This document shows, one piece after another, positions 63,245-64,000 of a stretch of 64,000 nt of DNA. Made by a program: the position numbers and the translations under genes. The DNA is from Eledone cirrhosa (Eukaryota). Where the stretch lies: contig OZ024741.1 of the NCBI GenBank assembly GCA_964016885.1, positions 294,996,001-295,060,000 of the forward strand, read 5' to 3'. Within the stretch, counting starts at the first letter, position 1. The number at the start of each line of letters is the position of its first letter. The notes under the pieces were generated by a model. That model had not been told where the DNA came from and ran no database searches. It worked only from the letters and a program-made list of their open reading frames with translations.

Positions 63245-64000
63245 TCATCATCATCATCATCACCGTTTTACGTCCGTTCTTCCACGCTAGCATGGGTTAG
63301 ACGGATTGTCCTGTTGTGGGCAGTGTCTGGTCGGCTGACCATGCCTTGCTCATACAGGAACTGATTTGGCTTGATTTCTACAGCTGGATGCCCTTCCTAA
63401 CACCAACCTCATTTACAGTGAGTGCTGGGTGCTTTTTCGTGGCGCCTACACATCCACTTTACAGTGTGGGCTGGGTGCTTTTTTGCCGTGGCACCTCCAT
63501 GACCACCTTGCGGTGGGGTGTGTGGGGGCATATTGTCTATATGCTTCAGCTTGTACCCATGGGAGGCCGGGTACTCTGTATTACTGCGTGACGCCAGAAG
63601 TCACGGTCGTGTATCATTGTCTTTGATAGGTGCGATTGGGTAAGGTCGGCTTTTATCACCTCATCCCAGGTCATCTTGGGTCTCCCCACTCCGCGGTTCC
63701 CATCAACTTCTAGTGCTCTGCACCTTTTTATGCAGCTGCCATCCTTCATATGCATCACATGTCCATACCAGCGCAACCGCCTCTCCTGCACACAACATTT
63801 GATTCCTCTTATGCTCAGTCTCTCTCTCAATTCATTTATGCTTTGTTGTTCACGTATATTACTGTTACACATCCATCGGAGCATACAGGCTTCGTTTCTC
63901 TCTAATCTACGTAAGTCTTCCACCTTCAGCGCCCAGGTCTCACTACCATGCAGCATTGCTGTTCGAATACACGCATCATACAGTCTGCCTTTCATTCTGA
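63245..64000 (-). mobile_element. RTE subfamily A 3' part, running off the window
   Basis: ORF 63546-63995 closely matches the subfamily A C-terminus; (GAT)n tail. Confidence 0.94.

Overview
AT-rich, microsatellite-dense eukaryotic DNA with no recognisable host protein-coding gene. The repeat inventory resembles a coleoid cephalopod (Octopus-like) genome; this is an inference from memory of the repeats, not a search. Conventional content: one full-length decayed CR1-group LINE (~27.2-31.35 kb) plus a 3' fragment; two RTE-clade LINE subfamilies with (GAT)n tails, almost all in (TA)-rich arrays, including a near-intact copy with a single nonsense codon; Tx1-like and HERO-like remnants; two tRNA-derived SINE families; and piggyBac-, Tc1/mariner- and hAT-type MITEs. 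The most unusual signal is a set of short, non-coding fold-back elements in (TA)n tracts at 1.6, 20.1, 61.1, 61.8 and 62.3 kb, with remnants at 21.9, 44.6, 48.1 and 57-58 kb. They carry minimal type I hammerhead ribozyme motifs, several with palindromic stem III and some with U3-A8 or A13C core variants, and a one-sided 3' tail. Six tails share a covarying bulged hairpin, ACTC-stem-loop-stem-2nt-GAGTRCY. A GIY-YIG C-terminal remnant upstream of one hammerhead links the set to Penelope-like retroelements (PLEs). All calls were made by eye, and boundaries of degenerate repeats are approximate.
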